A DNA stretch of 64,000 nucleotides from Syntrophomonadaceae bacterium (lineage in GTDB: Bacteria; Bacillota; Syntrophomonadia; Syntrophomonadales; Syntrophomonadaceae), in contig JBMNGN010000005.1 of assembly GCA_050949865.1 (NCBI GenBank), positions 89,647 through 153,646 on the forward strand, given 5' to 3'. The notes under the pieces are model-generated. The model was not told the origin of the DNA. It ran no database searches and saw only the letters and a list, made by a program, of their open reading frames with translations. The translations under genes were made by a program, and so were the position numbers. Of the stretch, positions 17,345 to 27,015 are shown piece by piece. Position 1 is the first letter of the stretch. Every line of letters begins with the position of its first letter.

Positions 17345-17567
17345 CGGTATCCTCCTTTACAAAACCTTGCATGGTATTTTTATTTTGAAATTTAGTATTT
17401 CTAATGGGCGGTCGCTGGAAGAACAGGCTGTATTAACCCGATTTCGCTGTTTGCTCGTATCCAAATCTCTCGATCAGCTGAACAAAAAGAAAGGGTACCA
17501 GCATGCAAAACCTAACCGACTCATATGGATAATATGTCGTTTCCGGTGCTATTTGTCAAGAGATAGC

Positions 17568-18104
17568 TTATCTGAAAACCAGGTTACATATGTATAAGGA
17601 GGCTATAAAACCAGTAACATCCGCAGCCAAGCCGGTAACAATGGAATAGCGATACTTCTTGATCCCTACGGAGCCAAAGTATACGGTCAGGATAAAAAAG
17701 GTAGTATCAGTTGTCCCCTGCATAACTGAGGCCAGCCGGCCGATAAAAGAGTCAGGCCCGTAAACCCTCATCAATTCAGCAGCTAATCCTAAGACTCCAC
17801 TCCCCGATAAGGGCCGCATTACCGCCAGGGGTAGAACCTCGGAAGGGGCACCCAGCCGGGAGGTAATAGGGTCCAAGGCCTGGGTAACAAAGTCCATAGC
17901 CCCAGAAGCCCTGAAAACTGATATCGCCACCAGCATGCCAACCAAAAAGGGTATAATCTTTACCGCGGTTTTAAAACCTTCTTCAGCACCCTCCACGAAG
18001 GATTCATATACAGGCACCTTTTTAACAAAACCGTACAGGGGTACGGCCAGCAGAAGAAAAGGAATTGCCCATTTGGAGATTATGGTCAAAATGCTTAAAA
18101 GCAC
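17568..18104 (-). CDS. spmB: spore maturation protein B
   Basis: GTG at 18104 lies 8 nt after GGAGGAGGAAGG and shares one base with the spmA TAG. That gives 178 aa, the length of B. subtilis SpmB. The track start at 18122 lies within the SD. Confidence 0.85.
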   Translation of the reverse strand: MLLSILTIISKWAIPFLLLAVPLYGFVKKVPVYESFVEGAEEGFKTAVKIIPFLVGMLVAISVFRASGAMDFVTQALDPITSRLGAPSEVLPLAVMRPLSGSGVLGLAAELMRVYGPDSFIGRLASVMQGTTDTTFFILTVYFGSVGIKKYRYSIVTGLAADVTGFIASLYICNLVFR

Positions 18105-18697
18105 TATACCTTCCTCCTCCACCGGCTCCTGGTTCTAAACCAGTAATCAAGAGAAACGGCTATTACCATGGCTGTAGCAGTAGCAAAAATGCAAGCTCCT
18201 ACGATTTCCGTCGGGTTGGATGAGCCAAATGATAACCGGACTCCTATTATGGTTGCAGGTATTAATGTAATGCAGGATGTGTTCAAGGCTAAGAAAGTAC
18301 ACATAGCCTCGGAAGCTTCATCTGATTCCGCATTTAGTTGTTGAAGCTCCTGCATGGCTTTCATTCCAAAAGGGGTAGCAGCATTTCCAAGTCCGAGCAT
18401 ATTGGCACTGAGGTTGAGTATGATCGCCCCCATTGCCGGGTGATCAGATGGCACACTGGGAAACAGCTTGACGGTTAGAGGAGTCATTAATTTAGCCAGG
18501 CTCTTAACCATGCCTCCCTGTTCCGCAATCTTCATTATCCCTAACCAGAGAGCCATAACCCCGATTAAATCAAAACATATTTCAACCGCTCCTTTAGCTG
18601 CCCCCAAAGCTGCTTCAGTCACTACTTCGATGTTCCCATTAATGGCAGCCACAACTATTCCAGATGCCAGTAATATCAGCCAAACTAGATTCAGCAC
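18104..18697 (-). CDS. spmA: spore maturation protein A (nucleoside-recognition domain)
   Basis: GTG at 18697 lies 7 nt after GGAGGGA and gives 197 aa starting MLNLVWLILL (B. subtilis: MVNIIWVSL). The track start at 18751 would overlap the upstream terminator. Confidence 0.85.
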   Translation of the reverse strand: MLNLVWLILLASGIVVAAINGNIEVVTEAALGAAKGAVEICFDLIGVMALWLGIMKIAEQGGMVKSLAKLMTPLTVKLFPSVPSDHPAMGAIILNLSANMLGLGNAATPFGMKAMQELQQLNAESDEASEAMCTFLALNTSCITLIPATIIGVRLSFGSSNPTEIVGACIFATATAMVIAVSLDYWFRTRSRWRRKV

Positions 18698-18749
18698 AAA
18701 ACCATCCCTCCATAAAACATAGCTGTTTTTAGAGGGTATGACTGCAGAC

Positions 18750-18785
18750 AAAAAATTAGAACAACCCTATCCAGGCGGGTTGTTC
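18750..18785 (-). terminator. rho-independent terminator after ytfJ
   Basis: Minus strand: GAACAACCC-GCCUGGAUA-GGGUUGUUC (9-bp stem, 18759-18785) followed by UAAUUUUUUG. Confidence 0.8.
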
Positions 18786-18827
18786 CAGTCCATCTTGGTG
18801 TTTATTTATTTCAGGTGCAGATATTTA

Positions 18828-19265
18828 TTAATACTCGTCTCCCAGCTCTTCACAACCGTACTTTTTTCTTATCAGCATTTCCATCTTTTCCATTAACTGG
18901 GGCGCTAAATCTACAATCCTTTCGGCTAGAGGATTGCCATTTACCGATATCAACCTTACATCAGCAGCCTTAACCACCAGAAAACCGACCGGTTTAACTG
19001 AAACCCCGGCTCCGCTTCCTCCACCGAATGGTAGTTCTGAGCCTTTTGTCCCATTCATAGCTTCGTATTCTCCGCCACCGGCAGCAAAACCACACGCTAC
19101 CTGAGAAATCGGAATTATAACCGTTCCATCGTTAGTTTCCACTGCATCGCCGACTACTGTATTTACATCAACCATTTCTTTTATACTCTGCATTGCAGTT
19201 CTCATGAGGCCTTCAATCGGATGGCTTTGCTTTTCTTGAGATTCCACGCCAATACCCCCTGACAT
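18828..19265 (-). CDS. ytfJ: sporulation protein YtfJ (GerW family)
   Basis: HPIEGLMRTAMQSIKEMVDVNTVVGD... is collinear with B. subtilis YtfJ (HPIQGLMKTAMENLKEMIDVNTIIGD). The start may instead be GTG 19247, which follows AGGGGG. Confidence 0.85.
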   Translation of the reverse strand: MSGGIGVESQEKQSHPIEGLMRTAMQSIKEMVDVNTVVGDAVETNDGTVIIPISQVACGFAAGGGEYEAMNGTKGSELPFGGGSGAGVSVKPVGFLVVKAADVRLISVNGNPLAERIVDLAPQLMEKMEMLIRKKYGCEELGDEY

Positions 19266-19836
19266 TCAAACCAAATGCATAAACACCTATAAGGATAATA
19301 TGTACCATCCGTATTTTTAATATGCAACAAATTTGGCTGCTGATCGTGGAATTGCTGTAATCAGGCTGAATATGAACAAAACATGTTTCTAAATGGGTTA
19401 CTGCAGATAAGAAGGAGAGCAAATTGCCTTTTAAGGCCCATAAGCTGCCAACGCCAATAGCTGTATACATGGCATTGTCAAATCCGATAATACTATTCCA
19501 TTCCAGTTTTTTCACTAATATAGAACCCAGAATAAATCGCAGTATCTTTATCTGGTCTTTAAAAGATTCCGGGCGGTTCAAAGCCAGCTGGTTTTTTACG
19601 TGGATTTCAGCCCGACCGGTATTTTTTTTAAATGCTAGTTCCAGGATTTTTTCTGTATTCAGCAGACGCTTTAATCGATACTCTTTGAGCAGATAATTAA
19701 CCAACCTCAGCCGGACTTCTGTATTTACAGTTATGGCCTTTTGATTAGTTATAGCTAGGGTGATGTGGATGGTGATCGGTATGAGCAAGGCAAACAGCAT
19801 TGTGATCCCAATTATTAGGCATAGCTGGTACGGCAT
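19213..19836 (-). CDS. YtfI-like protein (DUF2953)
   Basis: ATG 19836 lies 7 nt after AGGAG. It has an N-terminal TM segment and sits directly upstream of ytfJ, overlapping it, as in the ytfI-ytfJ pair. Confidence 0.55.
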   Translation of the reverse strand: MPYQLCLIIGITMLFALLIPITIHITLAITNQKAITVNTEVRLRLVNYLLKEYRLKRLLNTEKILELAFKKNTGRAEIHVKNQLALNRPESFKDQIKILRFILGSILVKKLEWNSIIGFDNAMYTAIGVGSLWALKGNLLSFLSAVTHLETCFVHIQPDYSNSTISSQICCILKIRMVHIILIGVYAFGLNVRGYWRGISRKAKPSD

Positions 19837-19887
19837 TTTGTTTCTCCTGTTTTTACATATCATTCCCTATCCTATACAGGTTATGCA

Positions 19888-20439
19888 TTATTTGGAATCC
19901 TTGAGGAGATTAATATAACCCTCTACATGGTTAATGATATTTTCCATTTGCTCATCCGGGTTTAGATTAGCCCTTCCCAGCCTAAAGGTGGGGCAGTGCA
20001 GGTTATAATTGGTTATTAAGCGTTCTATTTTTTCCAACTGTAATTGGCACTGGTAGTAAAACTCTTCTTTCTTTTTCTCAAACCTTTTTTGCGCAGATTG
20101 GGAATGCGGTCCGGAGAAAAAAATGGAGACATACTGTTTAAAACGATGAATTTTTAGGCGGAGTTGCTTGTTTTCTTCGTCTATCTGCTTCCCAGTCTCT
20201 ATCCAGAAAGGAGCAAAATCATTATTCTTAAGAATTTTAAAAACCATCCTGAGCTCTGGGGGTTCAAAGGGATTTTCGGACAAATCTATCGGTTGGCCCG
20301 CTCCTTTAAGTCCTTCAAAAGCCCCTTTGGCCTGAGCCTTAAGTATTGCGTTTTCCACCAAATCCTCAGTACTGCTCATATAGCGAGCCAGTTTTCTAGC
20401 CCGCTGAGCCTTGATCTTTACCTCTTCCTCGTAATCCAT
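19888..20439 (-). CDS. DnaJ-like DUF1992 domain protein
   Basis: 183 aa. A...GAFEGLKGAGQPIDL matches the DUF1992 signature. SD AAGGAGG lies 9 nt before ATG 20439, inside the end of scpB. Confidence 0.7.
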   Translation of the reverse strand: MDYEEEVKIKAQRARKLARYMSSTEDLVENAILKAQAKGAFEGLKGAGQPIDLSENPFEPPELRMVFKILKNNDFAPFWIETGKQIDEENKQLRLKIHRFKQYVSIFFSGPHSQSAQKRFEKKKEEFYYQCQLQLEKIERLITNYNLHCPTFRLGRANLNPDEQMENIINHVEGYINLLKDSK

Positions 20440-20956
20440 CTGGTTCTTCCTCCTTTAGTTTGGGCAAATCATCAATACTCTTTAAGCCAAATACCCTTAA
20501 AAACTCGTTGTTTGTAACATACAATAAGGGTTTACCTATAACCGGCTTGTACCCGGCCTCCTCAATAATCCCCTTCTCCAGCAAGGTGTTTATTGCCCGT
20601 TCCGATTTAACACCCCGTATTTTTTCAATTTCCGCCCGGGTTACCGGTTGATTGTAGGCTATAATCGCCAATGTCTCTAAGGCAGCAGGAGACAATTTCC
20701 TCCGGGACGGTTTCTCCATCCTGGCTAAAATCATGTGGTATTTGGGTTTAGTTACCATTACATACCCTGCAGCAGATTCGATTACCTCAATTCCCCGCCG
20801 GCTTTCCCGGCAATCAGCTATCAACTCACTGATAATAACCTTGAGCTCTGGAGCCGCTATCCCAACAGCTTCCGCCATATCATCAAGCATGACATAATCT
20901 GCTTTCCAAAACAGGATGGCTTCTATGGCTGCTTTTATGTCGTCACGGGCTAACAA
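20396..20956 (-). CDS. scpB: segregation and condensation protein B
   Basis: 186 aa. IEAILF..., LETLAIIAYNQPVTRAEIEKIRGV and GRPLLY-like GKPLLYVT match ScpB. It follows scpA. Confidence 0.92.
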   Translation of the reverse strand: MLARDDIKAAIEAILFWKADYVMLDDMAEAVGIAAPELKVIISELIADCRESRRGIEVIESAAGYVMVTKPKYHMILARMEKPSRRKLSPAALETLAIIAYNQPVTRAEIEKIRGVKSERAINTLLEKGIIEEAGYKPVIGKPLLYVTNNEFLRVFGLKSIDDLPKLKEEEPDGLRGRGKDQGSAG

Positions 20957-20964
20957 TCAAACCT

Positions 20965-21684
20965 TCACTCCTTTAGGTTAACTTTAATAGGAGAAAAATT
21001 TTCCTCCTGAATGACCATCACTTTACCGGTCCTTATTAATTCCAGCAAAGCGAGAAAAAAAGCAATATAAGTCTTTCTGCTGTTGTTGCGAAACATGGCT
21101 TGAAATAGGCAACCTTCGGGCTTATCAGCTAACAGGGCTATTAATTCGGCCATTTTCTGTTCAATATCAATATCGCCATCCGGCAGGGTAAACTCATGTT
21201 CAAGCATCGGCTGATTTCTCGTTACGCTTTTATATGATTGGATTAAGGTATTTAAACTTGCCTGTATTTCCTCAACACCTGTACCAGAAGCCTTTCTCTT
21301 TCGATAATAAACCCTTTCTGCCGTCCCGTTCAGACGGTCCTCCAGGTGCACTGAGGCTTCTTTATACTTTTTATAGTTAATCAACTGTTGAACTAATTCA
21401 TTTCGCGGGTCCTCATCCGGTTCTTCGCTATCATCTTCCCCGGCTTCAAGCTGGTTAACCGGCAGAAGCATTTTAGATTTCAGGTTTAACAAGTAAGAGA
21501 CCATTAACAAAAAACTGCCCAGGTCTTCAAGCTCGTAACTACCGATTTCCTGGAGATGTCTGATAAACTGATGGCTGATGGTAGCTACGGGAATATCATA
21601 AATATTAAGCTGGTTTTCTTCTATTAAGTATAGCAATAGATCAAGTGGTCCATGAAATGTGTCCAGATCTACCACGTAACTCAT
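20965..21684 (-). CDS. scpA: segregation and condensation protein A
   Basis: 239 aa with an FHGPLDLLLYLIEENQLNIYDIPVA N-terminus typical of ScpA. Confidence 0.92.
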   Translation of the reverse strand: MSYVVDLDTFHGPLDLLLYLIEENQLNIYDIPVATISHQFIRHLQEIGSYELEDLGSFLLMVSYLLNLKSKMLLPVNQLEAGEDDSEEPDEDPRNELVQQLINYKKYKEASVHLEDRLNGTAERVYYRKRKASGTGVEEIQASLNTLIQSYKSVTRNQPMLEHEFTLPDGDIDIEQKMAELIALLADKPEGCLFQAMFRNNSRKTYIAFFLALLELIRTGKVMVIQEENFSPIKVNLKE

Positions 21685-21715
21685 ATAGACCCTCCTTACC
21701 TCCGGCCAGAAAAGA

Positions 21716-22336
21716 TTAAAAGACCAGCAGGTAAAGTATTCGGTAAAGAAGATTTATAACCGGTCCGATTATGGCAGATACCGCCCCGCTCATTATCAAA
21801 ACCAGCAAGATTAGCGGTCCGTATCTCTCTAATGAATAAAGGGTCTGGGCCCCTTTATCCGACAATAAGCCAGCCAGAATCTTTGAGCCGTCCAAGGGCG
21901 GAACTGGTATAAGGTTAAATGCAGCCAGGACCAGGTTTATACTGATTACCGGCTGAACCAAAAGCAGGAGAGGCTCTTTCCACCCTGCCGGGGGCATGAA
22001 AACCAGGTGTTTATAGGCCAATAAGGCCAAGAAAGCAATTATCAGATTTACAAGTGGCCCAGCCAGGGAAACCAGCATCATACCTTTTTTAACCCCGGTG
22101 GTTTTAAAATTAATAGGATTAACCATAACCGGTTTAGCCCAGCCAAATCGGAACAAAATCAACATTAAAAACCCCATTGGGTCTATGTGGGAAATAGGAT
22201 TCAGGGTTAGGCGCCCCTGGTATAAAGGAGTATTATCACCCAGGTAATAGGCTACCCTGCCGTGAGCATATTCGTGAAAAGTGATCCCTATGAGTATGGC
22301 CGGCAGCCATATAATGGCATCAAGAATCCATTGCAT
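21716..22336 (-). CDS. site-2 protease family (M50) membrane metalloprotease
   Basis: 206 aa with HEYAHG (HExxH) and NLIPVPPLDGSK motifs and multiple TM segments. Confidence 0.85.
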   Translation of the reverse strand: MQWILDAIIWLPAILIGITFHEYAHGRVAYYLGDNTPLYQGRLTLNPISHIDPMGFLMLILFRFGWAKPVMVNPINFKTTGVKKGMMLVSLAGPLVNLIIAFLALLAYKHLVFMPPAGWKEPLLLLVQPVISINLVLAAFNLIPVPPLDGSKILAGLLSDKGAQTLYSLERYGPLILLVLIMSGAVSAIIGPVINLLYRILYLLVF

Positions 22337-24956
22337 CTTTAAACCTACCTTCCTCTATCCAGGTTTTAACCATGTTTAATTCTTCCTCCCGGGTTTGAAT
22401 TACCCTGTCCAGTTTTAAACCGTACAATTCAGCAAAAACCATGCTGTAATAAGGTCCTTGTCTAATGCCCATTTCTTTCAAATCATGGCCATTGATGGCT
22501 ACCCGTACCTGATCCCTTACCTCCAGGTATTCAACCATGCTGTTCCATGCTTTCTCATCACTAATAATAAGCAACAGGTAGATTATACTTTCCGGACACC
22601 AATTGCTGGCCAATGAATCGATTTGGCTCGGTTTAAGCAAGGGGTTGTGGCGGAAAAGGGCATTAAGCTCAAAAACCTGGTCTAACTCATTCAAGCATTT
22701 ACAGGCATAATTATCCAGGTGATAGCGGGAGCTAATCCGTTCTATATCTTCCCTATCCAGGTTAGATACCAAGGCTAAAAAGTATACCAGCCAGGTCTTG
22801 ATTTTTACGGGATAATTTTCCTCCCACCAGGCAATGATGATGGGAATACGCCTGATCAGAGTTTTATCTACCTGCTGCAGGTTTATTTCCGGTAAACAAT
22901 GCTTCCATACTCCTATCTCATCCATTCGCTCCAGGTATCGCAAAGGTTCTTTTTCATTCAAGATCAGGATCAGTTCTTGCAATATCCGCTTATGAGAAAG
23001 CTTGCCAATGAGCCTTCGTTCAATAGCATCCCGGGCAAACCGCAGGGTATCAGGTTCCATGGTGAATCCGTATCTCTGCTCGAAACGAATAGCCCGGATG
23101 ATTCTGGTCGGGTCTTCGACAAAGCTTAAATTATATAGAATTCTAATGGTCCGGTTAATTAAGTCCTTGCGCCCCCCAAAATAATCGATTAGTTCCCCGA
23201 AACTTCCCGGGTTCAGGCTTATGGCCATAGTGTTAATAGTAAAATCCCTGCGGTACATGTCCTCTTTGATTGATGATTTCTCTACAACCGGCAATGCCGC
23301 AGGAAATTCATAATACTCCGTACGAGCAGCAGCGATATCTATCTTAGTTCCATCTGGCAAAACCACGGCTGCCGTCTGAAATCTATCATGGAGCCGGACC
23401 TTGCCGCCTAATTTACCCACTACAGCTTGAGCAACCGCTTCCCCGTCCCCTTCCACTACAACATCAACATCATAATTGCTCTCTCCTAAAAGGAGATCCC
23501 GCACAAAACCACCTACGCAATAAGCCTTGGCTCCCAGCCCTTCAGCGATCTGCCCAATGATGGTCAAAACGCTGAATATCTGAGATGGTAGTTGTTGATG
23601 TATAAGTTCCAAACAGTTCTCTGCTCCAGTCTCGCTATTGTGATACAGGACTTGGTAATCATCTGGATAGTCCTCACCATGCAGGGTTCTGATAATATCG
23701 GTCCGTGACACAATTCCCAACAGACGGTCGTTTTCGATTATTGGCAGCCTTCCGATATCATATTCAACCATTATTCTGTGAAGCTCTGAAACTGTGGCAT
23801 CAGGAGCAGCTGACATTATCGCCGTAGTCATAAAGCCCTTTACCGGGGCATGGCCCAGGTTATGCAGTTTGGCTTTGTCTACATCGCGGCGGGATATTAC
23901 CCCTACCATTTTACCCTGGTCTATTACCGGCATACCGGTATGGCCGTAACGAAGCATTATTCTGCCTGCATCCTCAATACTGGTCTGCATTGGGAGGGTC
24001 TTTACCGGAGTAGACATTATGTCCCGCGCCAATAGGGCCGGCTGGACTAATTCCTCCAGATACCCGCTGATCAAATCTATTACTTTTTCGGTTTCCTTCC
24101 CTTTGATTATCGCTGCAGCTGCTTTTTCATGCCCCCTGCCCCCCAGTTCTTTCAGCACCTCGTTAACCTTGACATTTCCAGTTCTGCTACGGCCAACCAC
24201 ATGTATCTTTCCTTGCATTGAGGCCACAGCAAAAACCACATCGCAGTTTTCCACTTCCATCAATTGATAGGTAACAACATCCAGGCCAGAAATAAACTCC
24301 TCCCTCTGGGCAACGGCAATAACCACATCCACGTTTTTAATGCGATAATGACGGCTGGTCTGCAACAGGTTTTGTAATAATTGTCGCTGTTCCCCGGAAA
24401 AAGGCTGTTCCATAAAATTGGCTACAATCTGCAGGTTGGCTCCCAGCCCTAACAGGTAAGCGGCTGCGGACACATCTCTCTGGGTAGTGGAAGTAAACAA
24501 GAGGCTTCCGGTATCTTCGTAAATACCCAAAGCCATTATGGTAGCTTCAAAGGCATTAGGGGTCAGTCCCCTTTCTATTATCTTTTCCACTAAAATGGTA
24601 GTTGCTGCCCCTACTGGATGGATTTCATTAATACTTCCTTTTATATCGCCGTCCATTACCGGATGATGGTCATAAACGTGAAAATCTAACCCGGCCCTTT
24701 CGGTTAAACCCTTAAGGTGTCCCAGCCTGCTGGCAGCAGCAGTATCAACAATTATCATGGCCGTGACCTCATTGAGGTTGATCTCCCTGGGCACCTTTAT
24801 CATCAGTAAGTCTTTATATAATGCCATAAACTGCTTAACCCGGTTAGATAGAGTACCAGAAAATACCGGTACTGCAGACGGGTACAGTTTTTTTGCTGCT
24901 ACCATAGCCGCCAGTCCATCAAAATCAAGAGCATTATGGGAAGTAATGATCTGCAT
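22320..24956 (-). CDS. DHH/DHHA1 phosphoesterase - tandem CBS - tRNA nucleotidyltransferase/poly(A) polymerase fusion protein
   Basis: 878 aa. It has an N-terminal DHH motif (VYDHHPV), two CBS modules (aa ~310-430), then GGFVRDLLLG, DVDVVVEG and RRDFTINT of the CCA/polyA polymerase head domain. Confidence 0.85.
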   Translation of the reverse strand: MQIITSHNALDFDGLAAMVAAKKLYPSAVPVFSGTLSNRVKQFMALYKDLLMIKVPREINLNEVTAMIIVDTAAASRLGHLKGLTERAGLDFHVYDHHPVMDGDIKGSINEIHPVGAATTILVEKIIERGLTPNAFEATIMALGIYEDTGSLLFTSTTQRDVSAAAYLLGLGANLQIVANFMEQPFSGEQRQLLQNLLQTSRHYRIKNVDVVIAVAQREEFISGLDVVTYQLMEVENCDVVFAVASMQGKIHVVGRSRTGNVKVNEVLKELGGRGHEKAAAAIIKGKETEKVIDLISGYLEELVQPALLARDIMSTPVKTLPMQTSIEDAGRIMLRYGHTGMPVIDQGKMVGVISRRDVDKAKLHNLGHAPVKGFMTTAIMSAAPDATVSELHRIMVEYDIGRLPIIENDRLLGIVSRTDIIRTLHGEDYPDDYQVLYHNSETGAENCLELIHQQLPSQIFSVLTIIGQIAEGLGAKAYCVGGFVRDLLLGESNYDVDVVVEGDGEAVAQAVVGKLGGKVRLHDRFQTAAVVLPDGTKIDIAAARTEYYEFPAALPVVEKSSIKEDMYRRDFTINTMAISLNPGSFGELIDYFGGRKDLINRTIRILYNLSFVEDPTRIIRAIRFEQRYGFTMEPDTLRFARDAIERRLIGKLSHKRILQELILILNEKEPLRYLERMDEIGVWKHCLPEINLQQVDKTLIRRIPIIIAWWEENYPVKIKTWLVYFLALVSNLDREDIERISSRYHLDNYACKCLNELDQVFELNALFRHNPLLKPSQIDSLASNWCPESIIYLLLIISDEKAWNSMVEYLEVRDQVRVAINGHDLKEMGIRQGPYYSMVFAELYGLKLDRVIQTREEELNMVKTWIEEGRFKDAMDS

Positions 24957-24985
24957 GGTTCAAATCCCCTACCAATTTTATATGA

Positions 24986-24994
24986 ATTATAACA
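24986..24994 (-). promoter_or_regulatory. extended -10 promoter element upstream of the DHH-CBS-CCA gene
   Basis: Minus strand TGTTATAAT (TGnTATAAT) lies ~30 nt upstream of ATG 24956. Confidence 0.4.
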
Positions 24995-25126
24995 CAACCG
25001 GCCTCAGCTACGACATTTTGCCGGCTCATAAACGCAGCCAGACGAGCAAACCTCTATTAATGCCGGCGGAATGGGTATTGGATTCCATCGTTGGTAAATG
25101 GTATTAATTGGGGCTATTGGTTAGAA

Positions 25127-26473
25127 TCATTTTTTATGTTTGGGGTGGGATTTCCCGGTTTCGCCCGCCAGCCTGGCCAATAAAATATCATTTCTTATTA
25201 AATCTTCATAGGTTTGACGGCGGATTATGATATCTGCTTTTCCATCCTTAACCAATACCATGGCCGGCCTGGGAAGCTGGTTATAATTGCTGGACATAGA
25301 GTAATTGTAGGCTCCGGTAGCAAAAACCGCCAAAATATCCCCTGATTCTATCCTAGGTAAGGATATCTGCTCAATTAAGAGGTCTCCTGATTCGCAACAC
25401 TTGCCGGCAACGGATACCGTTTCTGCCTTGGGCTCGTTAGCTTTGTTAGCCAGGATTGCGTGGTACTTAGCATTATACAAGGCAGGCCGGGGATTATCTG
25501 CCATTCCCCCATCTACTGCTGCATATTTTCTTATTCCGTCGATTTCTTTAATTGAGCCGACGGTGTAAAGGGTAATGCCAGCAGGACTGACAATCGCCCT
25601 CCCCGGTTCAACTATTACCTGGGGAACCCTTATTCCGTTTCGCAAAGACTCTTGTTGGACTGCGGTCATAATTGCTTCTGCCCATAAGCTGGGGTGTTTC
25701 GGTTCATCTCCATCAGCGTAGAAAATACCCAGCCCACCTCCCAAATCCAGTTCCGAGAGCTCACAGCCAGTACGGGTTCTTATTTCACCCATGAATTCTA
25801 CCATCACCGCTGCGGTGTATTTAAATGAGTCCATTTCAAATATCTGTGAACCAATATGGCAATGCAATCCCACCAGGTTAAGGTTAGATTTTTCCAGGGC
25901 CATTTTCACGCCGTTCATAGCCTGCCCGCCAGGAAGAGTAAACCCAAATTTGGAATCAATCTGTCCGGTCATAATATAATGGTGGGTATGGGCTTCTATA
26001 CCCGGAGTAATCCTAAGCAGTATATCCTGATGTTTCTTCTGCTTACTACAAACGTCATTCAACATTTCCAGTTCATATAAATTGTCTACTACTATGCGGC
26101 CTACCCCATTCTCTACCGCCATTTCCAGTTCCTGAAGGCTCTTATTATTACCATGAAAGTATACCAGATCCATGGGAAAACCAGCCTGCAATGCGGTGTA
26201 TAATTCCCCGCCTGATACCACATCTATCCCCAGTCCTTCCTGTTCAACTATCTTTAAAAGCGATAAGGTACACAAGGACTTACAGGCATATACCACCTTA
26301 GCATCCCCCAGGGCGGTAAACGCTTCTTTAATACAGCGGCAATTAGAACGAAAACCCTCTTCGTCAATGACCCACAAAGGGGTCCCAAACTCTTGTGCCA
26401 GTGTTACTGTATCAATACCCCCTATTTCAAGGTGTCCATCGCGGTTAATCCGCATAGAACCTGTCAAATGCAT
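25127..26473 (-). CDS. lysA: diaminopimelate decarboxylase
   Basis: 448 aa with YACKSL (PLP lysine), HCHIGSQ, GGGLGI and CESGD motifs. Confidence 0.95.
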   Translation of the reverse strand: MHLTGSMRINRDGHLEIGGIDTVTLAQEFGTPLWVIDEEGFRSNCRCIKEAFTALGDAKVVYACKSLCTLSLLKIVEQEGLGIDVVSGGELYTALQAGFPMDLVYFHGNNKSLQELEMAVENGVGRIVVDNLYELEMLNDVCSKQKKHQDILLRITPGIEAHTHHYIMTGQIDSKFGFTLPGGQAMNGVKMALEKSNLNLVGLHCHIGSQIFEMDSFKYTAAVMVEFMGEIRTRTGCELSELDLGGGLGIFYADGDEPKHPSLWAEAIMTAVQQESLRNGIRVPQVIVEPGRAIVSPAGITLYTVGSIKEIDGIRKYAAVDGGMADNPRPALYNAKYHAILANKANEPKAETVSVAGKCCESGDLLIEQISLPRIESGDILAVFATGAYNYSMSSNYNQLPRPAMVLVKDGKADIIIRRQTYEDLIRNDILLARLAGETGKSHPKHKK

Positions 26474-26563
26474 AATTTCTCCCCCTTGTTGGTCGTAAGT
26501 GTGGCTATTATAACCTTTTAACCCTAAAATGGCTAGATAAACAGTAAAAATTATTATAATATA

Positions 26564-26875
26564 CTATAGTTTTGGTGGAATCTGTTCCTCTGCGGTACTA
26601 TGCCGTTCATGGGCCTGTTCATTATCAATTCTCCGCTGTAATTGATTAATGGTGGTTTTAAGTTCTTTAATTTTTTTGGCCATCTTAATAAATCTCAGGC
26701 TGTCTAAAAAAAAGGCAACAATTGCCCCCAGGCTTATAGCCACCAATACCACCACTGCCAGAGATACCTCTGGAGATACCCAGTTTAGAAACCTGACGGC
26801 AACCACAATCTGGTTCTGCACGGTAAATATTATGATCCCGATTAAAAAGATAATTAATCCCACCAACTGTAACAT
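26564..26875 (-). CDS. LapA-domain (DUF1049) small membrane protein
   Basis: ATG 26875 lies 8 nt after AAGGGAG. It has two TM segments followed by a coiled, charged tail. Confidence 0.6.
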   Translation of the reverse strand: MLQLVGLIIFLIGIIIFTVQNQIVVAVRFLNWVSPEVSLAVVVLVAISLGAIVAFFLDSLRFIKMAKKIKELKTTINQLQRRIDNEQAHERHSTAEEQIPPKL

Positions 26876-26947
26876 AGTAAAATCTCCCTTCCAATCAGAA
26901 AAGTCTAAAACCATGCTGCCGGTTTTCACTTATTCGCTTGCTTCAAG

Positions 26948-26981
26948 GAATAAAGGGACTTCACCTGTTAAAGAAGTCCCT
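26948..26981 (-). terminator. rho-independent terminator after secF
   Basis: Minus strand: AGGGACUUC-UUUAACAGGU-GAAGUCCCU (26954-26981) followed by UUAUUCC. Confidence 0.7.
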
Positions 26982-27015
26982 AAAGCATACCTGCTTAATT
27001 AATTATGAAAAAATC

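Noticed and set aside
17345-17567. A possible ZTP (pfl) or THF riboswitch upstream of fhs.
   Set aside because: Only a partial resemblance exists: CGACCGCC on the minus strand, versus the conserved CCGCCUGGGC-type 3' element. The UGGGC part and the upstream GACUGGCG-type element are absent, and there is no clear expression-platform terminator. A cmscan would settle it.
26474-26563. An L-box (lysine) riboswitch upstream of lysA.
   Set aside because: The whole upstream gap is only ~90 nt, far shorter than an L-box. It contains only a promoter-like TAGCCA-17-TATAAT.
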